A DNA stretch of 64,000 nt from Octopus vulgaris (GCA_951406725.2 OX597832.1:48174001-48238000), one strand, 5' to 3'. Positions 26,839 to 40,393 are shown, counted from the first letter of the stretch. The notes: generated from the sequence alone by a model not told the origin. Translations and numbers: made by a program.

Positions 26839-27068
26839 TATGGCTGCCCCCTCGTTATCGAGTATGGCCATTGCACGAAGCTTAACTCTTACTGGTGCTG
26901 TAATCGAATGTGACTTTTTAGCCCAGCTAAAGATCTACAATGTCTTGTACAGAATTGGCAACTAAAACCTTTACTGGTATTAATAGCCGGCTGTAGTTGT
27001 AACTGGGCTTCATGTACCTTTGCATGTCGTTTAAGTCCTCCTGCCGAATTACACTCTCTTCCACATGC
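26838..27068 (-). mobile_element. RTE-type LINE 3' end encoding C2H2 zinc fingers
   Basis: Reads CGRECNSAGGLKRHAKVH...CQFCTRHCRSLAGLKSHIRLQH-stop, then a short 3' UTR with hairpin CTCGATAACGAG running into an AT-rich tail. Confidence 0.75.
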
Positions 27069-27394
27069 CCGACAGATATGTGCATGTATATGTGAGAGAA
27101 AGAGGGAGAGAGAGAGAGACAGACAGACGAAGAGGGAGAGTTAGAGAGACAGAGAATGTGAGTGACAGTGTGTGTGGTGCCTGTGCACGAACATCATTCC
27201 GGCTATTTGCACGTTTCAGAAATTTGAGACCTTATAACTTCATATGTGTATGTGTGTGTTCATGTCTAGCTGTCTGTCAGTATGTATATATGCTTGTATG
27301 TATGCATATACGTGTGTACGTATGTCTGTATGTCTGTCTATATGTATGTATGCATGTATGATATGTATGCAAATATATATGTATATGTATATGT

Positions 27395-28220
27395 AGGCGC
27401 AAGCGTGGCTGTGTGTTAAGAAGCTAACCACATGGTTCCATGTTGAGTCTCACTACGTGGCACCTTGAGCAAGTGTCTTCTACTATAGCCTCGGGCCAAC
27501 CACAGCCTTGTGAGCGGATTTGGTAGACGGAAACCGAAAGAAGCTCGTCGTATATATGGATGTATGTATATATTTATGTATATGTATCTGTGTTCGTCCC
27601 ACCCCTCCACCGCTCTACAACCAGTTTGGGTGTGTTTATTTCCCCGTAACTTAGCGGGGGCATAAACGCACATTCGATAGAATAAGTTTAAGGCGGCGAG
27701 CTGGCAGAAACTTTAGCACGCCGGGCGAAATGCTTAGTGGTATTTCATCTGCCGTTACGTTCTGAGTTCAAATTCCGCTGAGGTCGACTTTGCCTTTCAT
27801 CCTTTCGGGGTCGATAAATTTAGTATTAGTACCAGTTACGCACTGGGGTCGATATAATCGACTTAATCCGTCTATCTGTCCTTGTTTGTCCTCTCTGTGT
27901 TTTGCCCCTTGTGGGTAGTAAAGAAATAGGTATTTCGTCTGCTGTTACGTTCTGAGTTCAAATTCCGCCGAGGTCGACTTTGCCTTTTATCCTTTCGGGG
28001 TCGATAAATTAAGTTCCAGTTACACACTAGGGTCGATGTAATCGATTTGATCCGTTTGTTTGTCGTTGTTTGTCCCCTCTATATTTAGCCCCTTGTGGGC
28101 AATAAAGAAATAAAAATAAGTACCAGACTTCAAAAAAAAAAGAAAAAGAAAAGAGTACTGGGGTCGATACATTCGACTATAAATTCTTCAAAGCAGTGCC
28201 CCAGCATGGCCGCAGTCTAA
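27395..28220 (+). mobile_element. SINE B interrupted by a SINE A dimer (27692-28111)
   Basis: B sequence stops at GATAGAATAAGT and resumes AATAAGTACCAG after the A dimer. Confidence 0.8.
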
Positions 28221-28322
28221 TGACTGAAACTAGTAAAAGATCAATCATCATCATCATCATCATCGTCATCACCGTCATCATCGTCATCATCATCCTCCTC
28301 CTCCTCCTCATCATCATCGTCA

Positions 28323-28381
<59 letters not shown>

Positions 28382-28431
28382 TGTCGCCATCGTCGCCGTC
28401 GTGGTGTATATATGCATGTATATGGGTGTGT

Positions 28432-28563
28432 CATCATCATCATTGTTCGACCGTGGTCGAGACAATGGAATTTACGGTCCATCATGGCATTACGGAGGTC
28501 CTGTTGCTGGATGCCTGTATCCCTGGAGGTTACATCAGGGTAGGAGAGTGTGCGCCCTCTGGT
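28432..28563 (-). mobile_element. RTE-like LINE 3' end with (TGA)n tail
   Basis: Reads TRGRTLSYPDVTSRDTGIQQQDLRNAMMDR, typical of RTE C-termini; hairpin TCGACCACGGTCGA before the tail. Confidence 0.65.
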
Positions 28564-29004
28564 ATGGGTGTGTACTTACGTACGTATGTCTGTACAAAGC
28601 AAAACTGTGATGTTTGTAACAGATATTATGGATGGAAGGCCTTTGGGATCAAGATAACTTAACATTGAACAATAAAAGAACCTTTAAATGTTAGGCTAAC
28701 CTGATGGTAATAACAGCCAAATCTCCCTAAAATTTGAATCCTGGAAAACTTAGATTCATACGCATCTGTCTGTCTGTGTCTTTCTCTCGTTCTGTTTCGC
28801 GCGCTCTCTCTCTCTATGTCTTTCTGTCTTTCTCTCTCTCTTTCTCTGTCCTCTTTCTCTCTCTTTCTATTTCTCTCTCTTTCTCTTTCTCTATATCTTT
28901 CTCTTTTTCTCCCACTCTTTCTCTTTCTCTTTCTGTCTCTCTTTCTCTGTTTCTTTCTCTTAATCTTCATATATCTGTCTGTCACACACACATACACACA
29001 CACA

Positions 29005-29039
<35 letters not shown>

Positions 29040-29314
29040 TCTCTCTCTCTCTCTCTCTCCATCTATCACATGCATCCGCTATGTTTTACCTACGTACATA
29101 CACACATGCATAAACACACACACGCATCATCCCATCCAGACACACACACATACACATACACTTACGCACACATACACACACGCAAACACACAGACATACG
29201 CTCACACATACACACAATTCATGCATATGCATGCATATGTACGCTTTCTGCATGTCTATATGTATATGCATATATATATATTTATATGTGCACACATACA
29301 TACAAACACAGAAA

Positions 29315-29359
<45 letters not shown>

Positions 29360-29360
29360 C

Positions 29361-29590
29361 CGTTTCTTTATTACCCACAAGGGGCTACACACAGAGGAGA
29401 CAAACAAGGACAGACATAGGTATTAAGTCGATTACTCGACCCCGGTGCGTAACTGGTACTTATTTAATCGACCCCGAAAGGATGAAAGGCAAAGTCGACC
29501 TCGGCGGAATTTGAACTCAGAACGTAACGGCAGACGAAATACAGCTACGCATTTCGCCCGGCGTGCTAACGGTTCTGCCAGCTCGCCGCC
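29361..29590 (-). mobile_element. SINE A monomer flanked by about 245-bp direct repeats
   Basis: 29111-29358 repeated at 29591-about 29830. Confidence 0.85.
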
Positions 29591-29786
29591 TAAACACACA
29601 CACACATCATCCCATCCAGACACACACATACACACATACACTTACGCACACATACACACACGCAAACACACAGACATACGCTCACACATACACAATTCAT
29701 GCATATGCATGCATATGTACGTTTTCTGCATGTCTATATGGATATATATATATGTGCACACACACACACACATACAAACACACAAA

Positions 29787-29838
<52 letters not shown>

Positions 29839-30309
29839 CTCTCTCACACACACACACACATTCACACATGCACACGCTTACACATTCACACACACACATA
29901 TACATGAACACCGACAGAAACTCAAAATTTCACGATGATAAGAAGAACAGGTTATTTTAACCCCATCAGTATGCCCATAATTCTTGCTATCTCAGACACG
30001 TCTCAAATGATGAATCTGTGATTCTTACTATCCTAACTTCCTTCGTCCCCTTTAATATATTACTTTTATTCATTACGGTGATGTGGAACCAGATATCACG
30101 GCGACGGTGCTTCTATAAACCGCAAGGAAATTTTGTGGAGAGGAGATATGTATTGCTTCTTTACAGGTTTTTGTATTGTTTTAAAATTGTTTGTATCTGA
30201 GCAATTTGCTTGTGTTTTCACGCTTGTTTTTACAATTTTGTTGTCTTGTAAGTATGCGTAAATTTCTCTCTCGTCGCTCGCTCACTCACTCACTCCGTTA
30301 GCCACTACA

Positions 30310-30482
30310 CACATTTTTTTCTCTCCTTGTTTCTCTCCTTGTTTTTTCTGTGTCCCTTTCTGTAGAAAAGTGTAGGCTCGAAACGTAAAAGACTTTTTCT
30401 ATTCCTGAGCGTTATACTAATACATCTGTTTGTTTTGTACACCACCTGTCTTCGTCTTTTGTTTTTTTTCGTAAACTCTCCC

Positions 30483-30485
<3 letters not shown>
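30310..30485 (+). mobile_element. Family F short element with degenerate minimal hammerhead, ends in (TA)n
   Basis: CTTT-CTGTAGA-A-AAGT GTAG GCTC-GAAA-CGTA-AAAG at 30356-30391; homologous to 41365-41520, 60520-60720 and 62080-62260. Confidence 0.7.
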
Positions 30486-30535
<50 letters not shown>

Positions 30536-30536
<1 letters not shown>

Positions 30537-30695
30537 GAATGGTTGTATACTGTCAATCTAACAAGAACGTGACAGTAGGGGGTACACCACCGCTGTATAG
30601 CCCTTGTCACGTTCTTGTTAGATTGACAGTGTACAACCATTCTTTCGCCCCACCACCGTACATGTCTCTACGAGAGATTTAGAAATTCAATATTT

Positions 30696-30697
<2 letters not shown>
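30536..30697. repeat. 39-bp inverted repeat element between two (TA)n tracts
   Basis: Arms 30536-30574 and 30605-30643, one mismatch, 30-bp spacer. Confidence 0.85.
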
Positions 30698-30749
<52 letters not shown>

Positions 30750-30751
<2 letters not shown>

Positions 30752-30995
30752 GATAGAAATGGTAAGACAACAAAAGAATGAAAGAGACCTCGATATTATG
30801 TAAATAGAGGAATTTATCTGTAAATATGATATGTGACAATTATTCGGTAGCCATGATATCCAAAACTCGGAGTTTTATCATGGCTACCGAATAATTAAAA
30901 CGCGGAGTAGACGAAACAGGAACAACTGAAGAAGGGGAATATTTTTTATGTTGTATGTCTTGTACTCTGTTTTTTCGTTGTTTGAAAAACAAGGT
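30750..30995. mobile_element. (TA)n-adjacent element with 59-bp hairpin; body homologous to 40885-40975
   Basis: Hairpin 30838-30896; shared AGTAGACGAA...CTGAAGAAGGGGAAT...TGTTGTATGTCTTGTAC. Confidence 0.6.
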
Positions 30996-31932
30996 CAAGG
31001 TGAGCTCTGATTGGCTGTATGCAAATGAGTTCATTACTTGGGTTCGGAACTCTCGTAAGAAAAAAAAAACATTTCGTGGACCGGCGTCCTGTCCAGGTGG
31101 AGAACATATATGCGCCATGGAAACCTGGAAACCGTACGTTATGAGTCTATATGATTCGAGAAGGTAACTTTACTTTTTTTTAAATTCCGGATTGTACCAT
31201 ATTCTTTTAACTCAAAGAAACGAATATGTTGTTTGAATAATGACAGCAAAGTATACGGAATGCTGCAATTACTTGAAGTGGATTGCAATAAATTTTGCTG
31301 AACGGGGAATAGCAAGAGAATGGCAATAAAGAAACACGAAGACTTTGTTATAGATTTACACTAGTTTTAGTATCATTGTTCACTCTGGAAGCTATCAGCC
31401 GAAAGGGACTTCTGCGGAACGTCTTTCATTTGTCTAACTGCATTTTATTATATAGATTAATTCTATTGTAAAACACCATACACATGCACATACACACAAG
31501 GAGTACACACATGCACACTTACTCACATGCACACTCACATTTGGTTCTTATTCCCTATTCCAAATAAAACTGGAATCAATTGAGCGATGTTACGATTCTG
31601 TGAAGAGCGTTTCAAATAAAGCCAGTAAAATCAATGAAATGAAAACCAGCTAATTCTGGAAGATGGTTCAGAAGAAATTATTGCCAAACTCGTACGTATT
31701 ACAGAATAATGTCTGTTTCTTGCTGGTGTTGGTGGTGGTGGTGTTAATATTGTGTAACCCTAATCAAATCTTCTTTTATTTTATAGCCGCGTCATATAAC
31801 AAGTTTTCTTACCTGAGCGCAATATGATGTATCTGTTGAGAGCAGTTTCTATCCTGTAACGCGGATGCAGAATTGAATCGGAACAAAAGTGGTTTTAAAG
31901 CAGAAAATATACGAACTCATTAGCACAAAACT

Positions 31933-32103
31933 GGAGTGGCTGTGTGGTAAGTAGCTTGTTTACCAACCACATGGTTCCGGGTTCAGTCCCACTGCGTGGC
32001 ATCTTGGGCAAGTGTCTTCTACTATAGCCTCGGGCCAACCAGAGCCTTGTGAGTGGATTTGGTAGAGGGAAACTGAAAGAAGCCCGTCGTATACATGTAT
32101 ATG

Positions 32104-32140
<37 letters not shown>

Positions 32141-32345
32141 ATGCGTGTTTGTATGTCTGTGTTTGTCCCCCTAGCATTGCTTGACAACCGATGCTGGTGT
32201 GTTTATGTCCCCGTAACTTAGCGGTTCGGCAAAAGAGACCGATAGAATAAGTACTAGGCTTACAAAGAATAAGTCTCGGGGTCGAGTTGCTCGATTAAAG
32301 GTGATGCTCCAGCATGGCCGCAGTCAAATGACTGAAACAAGTAAA
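31933..32345 (+). mobile_element. SINE B
   Basis: Family match. Confidence 0.85.
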
Positions 32346-32482
32346 AAAAAAAAGAAAGGAAAAGTTGATTGAATCGTCTTTCGGTGTAGTGGTGGTTTCT
32401 AATGTGACTAGATGATTGGTGGACTGGTTCCGAATTAGAACAGAAAATTAACAGATATGAAGTTAGGTATGTGACTGTATTA

Positions 32483-32897
32483 GGCGGCGAGCTGGCAGAA
32501 ACTTTAGCACGCCGGGCGAAATGCTTTGCGGTATTTCGTCTGCCGTTACGTTCTGAGTTCAAATTCCGCCGAGGTCGACTTTGCCTTTCGTCCTTTCGGG
32601 GTCGATAAATTAAGTATCAGTTACGCACTGGGGTCGATATAATCGACTTAATCCGTCTAGCTGTCCTTGTTTGTCCTCTCTGTGTTTAGCCCCTTGTGGG
32701 TAGTAAAGAAATAGGTATTTCGTCTGCCGTTACGTTCTGAGTTCAAATTCCGCCGAGGTCGACTTTGCCTTTCATCCTTTCGGGGTCGATAAATTAAGTA
32801 CCAGTTACGCACTGGGATCGATGTAATCGACTTAATCCGTCTATCTGTCCCTGTTTGTCCTTTCTTTGTTTAGCCCCTTGTGGGTAGTAAAGAAATA
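32483..32897 (+). mobile_element. SINE A dimer inside one TSD
   Basis: 18-bp TSD TAGGTATGTGACTGTATT at 32464-32481 and 32896-32913. Confidence 0.92.
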
Positions 32898-33691
32898 GGT
32901 ATGTGACTGTATTTTGTTCAGCAAAGTAGCAGGCAAATTTGTAAAGTCGTAGATCGTCGGATAAACTATTTTGAGCTATATATTCCGGTTCTCTGCGATC
33001 TGGTTTCAAATCTTGTCGAGGCCAACTTTTCCTATCTATCATCGTTCGGGTTCGGTCGATAAAATACCCGTTGAAGGCTGCGGATTACTGGACTTGATAG
33101 AGATTTCGAACGACTTGTGTTGCAGTATCTGTTCAAATTTAGCCTCGGTTCGATGTCTAAATTTAATCACGTGACCATTTCATTCAACCTGCAATTAACA
33201 GCTTGTACAGCTAAGCTTACGCCCAACAGGAAAAAATAAGCCAGAAACGATTATATTGAAGTTGCATTGAGATGTAGATCAAAAACATAAATAGAATTTA
33301 GCCTAGCATCTTTTATATCTATTGTATTAATCTGGAAATAATCCGCAGTCTTCAACAATTCTCGGCAGAATTTTAACTCAGAACGTAATGAATTGAAAGA
33401 AATACCGCTAAACATTTTATCAGACGATCTGCCGATTTTGCCAGATTTTGATATTAAGACAAGCAATACGTTTTCGATAATTTTTTTTTATCCGAGGTTT
33501 TAACCAAAAAAATAGTTTCTTTCCCCTAACCATTATGGTTCCAGATTCTATCCCACTGCGTGGCATCATGGGAACGTGTCTTTTACTATAGTTTCAGGCT
33601 TGTGAGTGAATTTGTAAGGCAGAAACCGAAAGAAACACGTTGTGTGCGTGTACACACACACACACACGCACACACGCACACACATACATGT

Positions 33692-33739
<48 letters not shown>

Positions 33740-33851
33740 ATATATATATATATGTGTGTGTGTGTGTATTTTTCAGATTTTTATATGCTAGGCTATTGGT
33801 TTTAAATTGATATTAATTAAATCAATATTCAATTTATCTCCCTCATTATTT

Positions 33852-33910
<59 letters not shown>

Positions 33911-33912
<2 letters not shown>

Positions 33913-34078
33913 GTCTTCCCTTCTCTGGATCTTTCCTTCTCCTATGTTTCCGACGAAGAGCTCCGCTCGAAATGTTAAACCCTCCTTCTTCCCTTCTTTC
34001 CTGAACGTCCAATAATACTATATTTGTTCCACGTCCTCGCGTTGTTGTGTTTTTTTTTGTGCTTTCATGTTTGGATTA

Positions 34079-34083
<5 letters not shown>
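33911..34083 (+). mobile_element. F-related short element with minimal hammerhead fold, between (TA)n tracts
   Basis: GTTT-CCGACGA-A-GAGC TCC GCTC-GAAA-TGTT-AAAC at 33946-33980. Confidence 0.7.
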
Positions 34084-34146
<63 letters not shown>

Positions 34147-34606
34147 TACTGGGGTCGATTCGTTCGACTAAAACCCTTCGAGGCAGTATCACAGCATGGC
34201 CGCAATCCAATGACTGAAACCTGAGGCAAGTAAAAGATAAAAATAAAAAGATGCTTCATGCATCATTAATTTTATTTTGTTGTCATCTTTTGATCTCCTG
34301 TACCCCACCACAAAACCATAAAAAAGTTTGACAGACTCACAGAGAGAAAGTCAACAATTCCCTTTTGTTTTCACCGTTTGGGGGGACAATAAACCTACTA
34401 TTTCTTCAAGAATAATTTCACTCAAATCGTCCCCTTGAGTAAACCTTAAGCATCTCTTGTGTTGCTTAAAAAGAAATCTCTGACTGAATCCATTTTGTAA
34501 AAAAAAAAAAGGGGGGTTAAACAACTTCCGGTTTATACATTTTGTCACATGTGCTCACCATGTTCTTTTTTATCCTCCTCCTCCTTCCTCCCTCTCCTTC
34601 TCCATA

Positions 34607-34619
34607 TTATTATTATTAT

Positions 34620-34669
<50 letters not shown>

Positions 34670-34763
34670 TTATTATTATTACTACTACTACTACTACTAT
34701 TATTATTATTATTATTATTATTACTACTACTATTATTATTATTATTATTATTATTACTACTAC

Positions 34764-34836
<73 letters not shown>

Positions 34837-34845
34837 TATTTATTA
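34607..34845. repeat. (TAT)n/(TAC)n microsatellite
   Basis: Direct reading. Confidence 0.97.
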
Positions 34846-35437
34846 TTTTTTTTTTTTTGCAAAGACGGAAGCGAGGTTGTAAAAAGGTTTTTTAGCTGTT
34901 GTGTTGTTGAGCAATTTAAGCGAATATGTAAGAAGTTGTCCCCTTCCTTCCAGTGGCGTTCGCCGTAGGGGATTACTTAATTTTATATATTTCATTTTTA
35001 TGAGAAAAAAAAAAGGGGTTGGAAGGTGCGGCAAAATACCATTAAATTATAAGTATCTGGTTTACGGGTTTGAATAACACAGAAATTGAGCTTGAATAAG
35101 AAGGGCGGAAATCGACTGCTGTTTGGAGTGGTGGTGTGCGTACGTGCATGCGAGTGTATGTGTGTGTGCGTGTGTGCATGTGTGTGTTTGTGTGTGTGTG
35201 TATATGTGTGTGTATGCGTGTGCGCGCGCTTTTGTGAGAGAAGAGTGAAAGTGTGTGTGTGTGTGTGTATATGTACATAAGAGTGTATGTGTCTGTGAAT
35301 GTGTGTCTATGTGTGTGTGTGTGTGTGTGTGTATATACATATATATGTCTGTGGATACGTGTGTGCATGTATAATTATATATATATATGTCTATGGATAC
35401 GTGTGTGTGCATGTGTGTGTCTGTGTGTGTGTATATA

Positions 35438-35476
<39 letters not shown>

Positions 35477-35590
35477 GGAAGTGAGTGTCTATATGTGTGT
35501 ATCTATGTGCATGCTTATGTGTGTATCTGTAAGTGTGTGGGCATGAGTGTGTGTATTGTGTGTATTGTGTGTGTGTGTGTATGTGTGTGC

Positions 35591-35624
<34 letters not shown>

Positions 35625-36081
35625 ATTCTCTTCTGTCGCTTGTGGGTGTACGCAATAAGCATTTGCCCCCTATGTCGTTGTTGATAAGTTAACTTTCCCA
35701 TCGGGCAAAGTAGAGAATTAAGAAAAGAAAAAAAAAAACAAAAACAAAACAATCAATGGAGAAATAAAAAAAACCCCCAAAAAAACAAAATCAACAGCCA
35801 AAGAGAAAGATAAGGGAAAACAGAAATAAATACACAAGTGAAATGTAATTAAGAAATGTCATTAAGAAATATCGTTAAGGCAAAAAAAAAAAATAATAAT
35901 AAATGAATAAAAAACAAGAATCCAACAAATATGTTTCTAAACTTTTCTGCAAATCAGTAATAAATAAATCAAGTCAGCGCCACCACCCTCACAATCACCA
36001 TCATTATTATTCGTTTCTACTCTAGGCACAAGGCCCGAAATTTTTGTGGGGAGTGGGTCCCAGTCGATTAGATTTACCCGA

Positions 36082-36298
36082 GAAACGTTAGCATGCCGAG
36101 TGAAATTCGTAGCCGTATTTCGTCTGCCGCTACTTTCTGAGTTCAAATTCCGCCGAGGTCGACTTTGCTTTTCATCCTTTCGGGGTCGATAAATTAAGTA
36201 CCAGTTACGCACTGGGGTTGATGTAATCGACTTAATACCTTTGTCTGTCCTTGTTTGTCCCCTCTATGTTTAGCCCCTTGTGGGCAATAAAGAAATAA
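36082..36298 (+). mobile_element. SINE A (5' clipped)
   Basis: Family match. Confidence 0.8.
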
Positions 36299-36334
36299 GA
36301 TTGACCCCAGTACGCAAATCTGATGAGTGACTAT

Positions 36335-36890
36335 ATGTTTACGTCCCCGTAACTTAGTGGTAAAAAAAGGAGACCGATAGAATAAGGCTTACAAAGAATA
36401 AGTCCTGGTGTCGATTTGTTCGACTAAAAGGACATGCTCCAGCATGACCACAATCCAATGATTGAAACAAATAAAATAATAGCAATAAAAAAATATGTAT
36501 TGGCGCAGGAGTGGCTGTGTGGTAAGTAGCTTGCTAACCAACCACATGGTTCCGGGTTCAGTACCTCTGCGTGGCATCTTGGACAAGTGTCTTCTGCTAT
36601 AGCCCCGGGCCGACTAATGCCTTGTGAGTGGATTTGGTAGACGGAAACTGAAAGAAGACCATCGTGTGTGTGTATGTATATGCTTGTGTGTCGGTGTTTG
36701 TCCACCTAGCATTGCTTGACAACCGATGCTGGTGTGTTTACGTCCCCGTTACTTAGCGGTTCGGCAAAAGAGACCGATAGAATAGGTACTGGGCTTACAA
36801 AAAGAATAAGTCCCTGGGTCGATTTGCTCGACTAAAATGCGGTGCTCCAGCATGGCCGCAGTCAAATGACTAACAAGTAAAAGAGTAAGA
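36335..36890 (+). mobile_element. SINE B tail fragment plus full SINE B (36502-36890)
   Basis: Family match. Confidence 0.8.
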
Positions 36891-36896
36891 GTATAT

Positions 36897-36931
<35 letters not shown>

Positions 36932-37037
36932 GATACAGACACACACACACACACACACACGCACGCTCACATACACACACACACACATACACACACACAC
37001 ACACACACATACACACACACACACACACATACACACA

Positions 37038-37082
<45 letters not shown>

Positions 37083-37404
37083 ACACACACACATATACAC
37101 ACACACATATACACACACATACACACACAAACACATGTATCGTAAAATATTCCCACTTTTCTTCTCCTTTCCATATGTTGACTAAATTCTTGTTTTAACC
37201 TTTTCCCCTTCCCTCACTTCATTTCAGGACAGGACCCTCACCAAACAACTTACACACCACCTTACAGAGCCCACCCTTAATCACAACATTCCCACATACA
37301 CCCACTTCACACAATGTACCCACCCACCCACAGCTTTTTCCCCCCGACCCTTCCTAATCTGTCACAACCCACCCAGCCATCCGCAACCTGCCCTCATCTC
37401 TCAC

Positions 37405-38285
37405 GATGATGATGGTGATAATGATGATGATGATGATGATCATCATCATCATCATGATCATGATCATGATCATCGTCATGATCATCGTCATGATCATGAT
37501 CATCATCATCCTCATCATCATCATCATCATCATCATCACCATCACCATCATCATCATCATCATCATCATCGTCATCATCATTACTCCTTCCTGCACCCTC
37601 TCCTACAGACTCCTGCTAGTGGAATTTTCGTGTCATATACCCCATCCTCCACCCGACATCTATCCAACAAACACCCGGCATCCATCGGCACTTGATTATT
37701 TGGTCGCCATTCCTACCACTGCTAATCAACACCATCGTTGCAGCGCCATTACTAAGCCTAACGTTACACCGCCATACCACCGCCGCCTTTGCTACCACCA
37801 CCGCCTTTGCTACCACCACCACTACCATCCTCATCACCACCACCACCACCACCACCAGCACCGCCACCAGCAGCAGCACCACCACCATCACCACTACCAC
37901 CACCACCACTACCACCATCACCACCATCATCATCGTCATCATCAACACAAGCTTAATGACAACATCACCACCACCATCACCACCATCACCACCACCACCA
38001 TCCTTACCACCACAACAACCACCACCACTACTACCACCACCACCACTACTACCACCACCACCACTACTACCACCACCACCACCATCCTCACCACCACCAC
38101 CACTTCCACCACCACCACCACCACCATTAACATCACTTCTGCCATTGACAATTTGTCTCCTTTTCGTAAAGCTGCTGTTGCCCCTCGTCGCTGTAGTCGA
38201 TGTCCTCCTCCTCCCCGTCCTCCTCCTCCTCTTCCCCCTCCCCCACACATCCTCGTCTTATTATTATTACTACTACTACTACTAT
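37405..38285. repeat. Compound (GAT/CAT/CAC/CCT/TAC) trinucleotide region
   Basis: Direct reading. Confidence 0.93.
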
Positions 38286-38324
38286 TAATCCCTCCTTCTC
38301 CTACCTCGTCTTCCCCGCCTCACT

Positions 38325-38623
38325 CCTGTATGGCTCAGTTGCTAGAGCGTCGATCTTTACGATCGTGTGGGTTGTGTAGTTCGATTCCCGGACCGGGCTG
38401 TGTGTTGTGTTCTTGAGCGAGACGCTTTATTTTACGTCGCTCCAGTTCTACTCAGCTGTATCGGCCTTTGCTTTTCCCTTGGATAACATCAATGGTGTGG
38501 AAAGGGGAGGCTGGTATGCATGGGCGACTGCTGGTCTTCCATAAACAACCTTGCTCGGATCTGTGCCTCGGATGGGAACTTTCTAGGTGTAATCCCATGG
38601 GCATTCATGATCGAAGGGGGTCT
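38325..38623 (+). mobile_element. SINE D-like head/core with tail type 3
   Basis: TGGCTCAGTTGCTAGAG...GTTCGATTCCCGGACCGGG; tail is the reverse complement of 17617-17790. Confidence 0.75.
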
Positions 38624-38647
38624 TTATTGTATGTGTGTGTATATATA

Positions 38648-38878
38648 CTCTTTTATTCTTTTACTTGTTTCACTCATTTGACTGCGGCCATATTTGGAGC
38701 ACTGCCTTCATAGTCGAGCAAATCGACCCCAGAGCTAATTCTTTGTAAGCCAAGTACTTATTCTATCGGTCTCTTTTGCCGAACCGCTAAGTTACGGGGA
38801 CGTAAACACACCAGCATCGGTTGTCAAGCGATTTTGGGAGGACAAACACAGACACACAAACATATACACATACATACA

Positions 38879-38910
<32 letters not shown>

Positions 38911-38977
38911 CATACATATATATACATACATACATATATATATATACACATGCACACACACATATATATATATATAC

Positions 38978-39009
<32 letters not shown>

Positions 39010-39013
39010 GTAA

Positions 39014-39078
<65 letters not shown>

Positions 39079-39241
39079 TACAAATATATACGACGGGCTT
39101 CATTCAGTTTCCGTCTACCAAATCCACTCACAAGGCTTTGGTCGGCCCGAGGCTATAGTAGAAGACACTTGCCCAAGGTGCCACGCAGTGGGACTGAACC
39201 CGGCACCAAGTGGTTCGTTAGCAAGCTACTTACCACACAGC
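38648..39241 (-). mobile_element. SINE B with expanded internal microsatellite
   Basis: Family match; about 230 bp of (CATA)/(TA) at the internal site. Confidence 0.85.
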
Positions 39242-39489
39242 TTGGGACTATTTACGCGTTTAAATTGTAGTCTTAAGTACCAACTCTGTTTTTAACGAGT
39301 TCTATGTGAAAAGTGATATGAAAAGCTTCGTAATATTTGCAGTTTTACAAATTGCAGTCACACTTGGTCAGACTTGCATCAAAGGTGTGCTTTTACATTG
39401 TGCACATTGTATGTATGTGCTTAAGTATAAACATAGTCAAATACAATTAAAAAAACCCTCCCACACACGTACGTACGTACATGCGTGCG

Positions 39490-40393
39490 TACCTACCTAC
39501 CTACCTACCAACTTACCTACCTACTTACATAGCTATCTACCTACCTACCTACCTACCTACCTACCTAACCACCTACCTACCCACATACCTATTTCTTTAT
39601 TACCCACAAGGGGCTAAACATAGAGGGGACAAACAAGGACAGACATAGGTATTAAGTCGATTACATCGACCCCAGTGCGTAACTGGTACTTTATTTATCG
39701 ACCCCGAAAGGATGAAAGGCAAAGTCGACATCGGCGGAATTTGAGCTCAGAATATAACGACAGACGAAATACCTAATTCTTTACTACCTACAAGGGGCTA
39801 AACACAGAGGAGACAAACAAGGACAGACAAACGGATTAAATCGATTACATCGACCCCAGTGCGTAATTGGTACTTAATTTATCGACCCCGAAAGGATGAA
39901 AGGCAAAGTCGACCTTGGCGGATTTGAACTCAGAACGTAACGGCAGACGAAATACGGCTACGCATTTCGCCCGGGATGTTAACGGTTCTGCCAGCTTGCC
40001 TACCCACATACCTACCTACCTACCTACCTACCTACCTACCTACCTACCTACCTACCTACCTATACCTACCTACCTACCTATCTACCTACCTACCTACCTA
40101 CCTTCCTACCTACCTACCTTACCTACCTAGCTACCTACCAACCTACCTACCTACCTACTTACCTACCTACCTACCTACCTACCTACCTACCTACCTACCT
40201 ACTTACTTACCTACCCTCCCTACCTACCTACCTACCTACCTACCTACCTACCTACTTACCTACCTACCTACCTACCTACCTACCTACTTACTTACCTACC
40301 CACATACTTACCTACCAACCTACCTACCTACCTACCTACCTACCTACCTACATACCTACATACCTACCTACCTACCCAGATACCTACCTACCT
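39490..40393. repeat. (TACC)n tract containing a SINE A dimer (39590-39999, minus)
   Basis: Direct reading; TACCCACATACCTA on both sides of the SINE. Confidence 0.9.

Noticed and set aside
37354-38416. 336-aa and overlapping poly-I/H/T/P ORFs (mucin- or extensin-like)
   Set aside because: Trinucleotide repeat artefact with no domain or splice evidence; same for 34542-34968, 50180-50569, 54038-54681 and 63642-63998.
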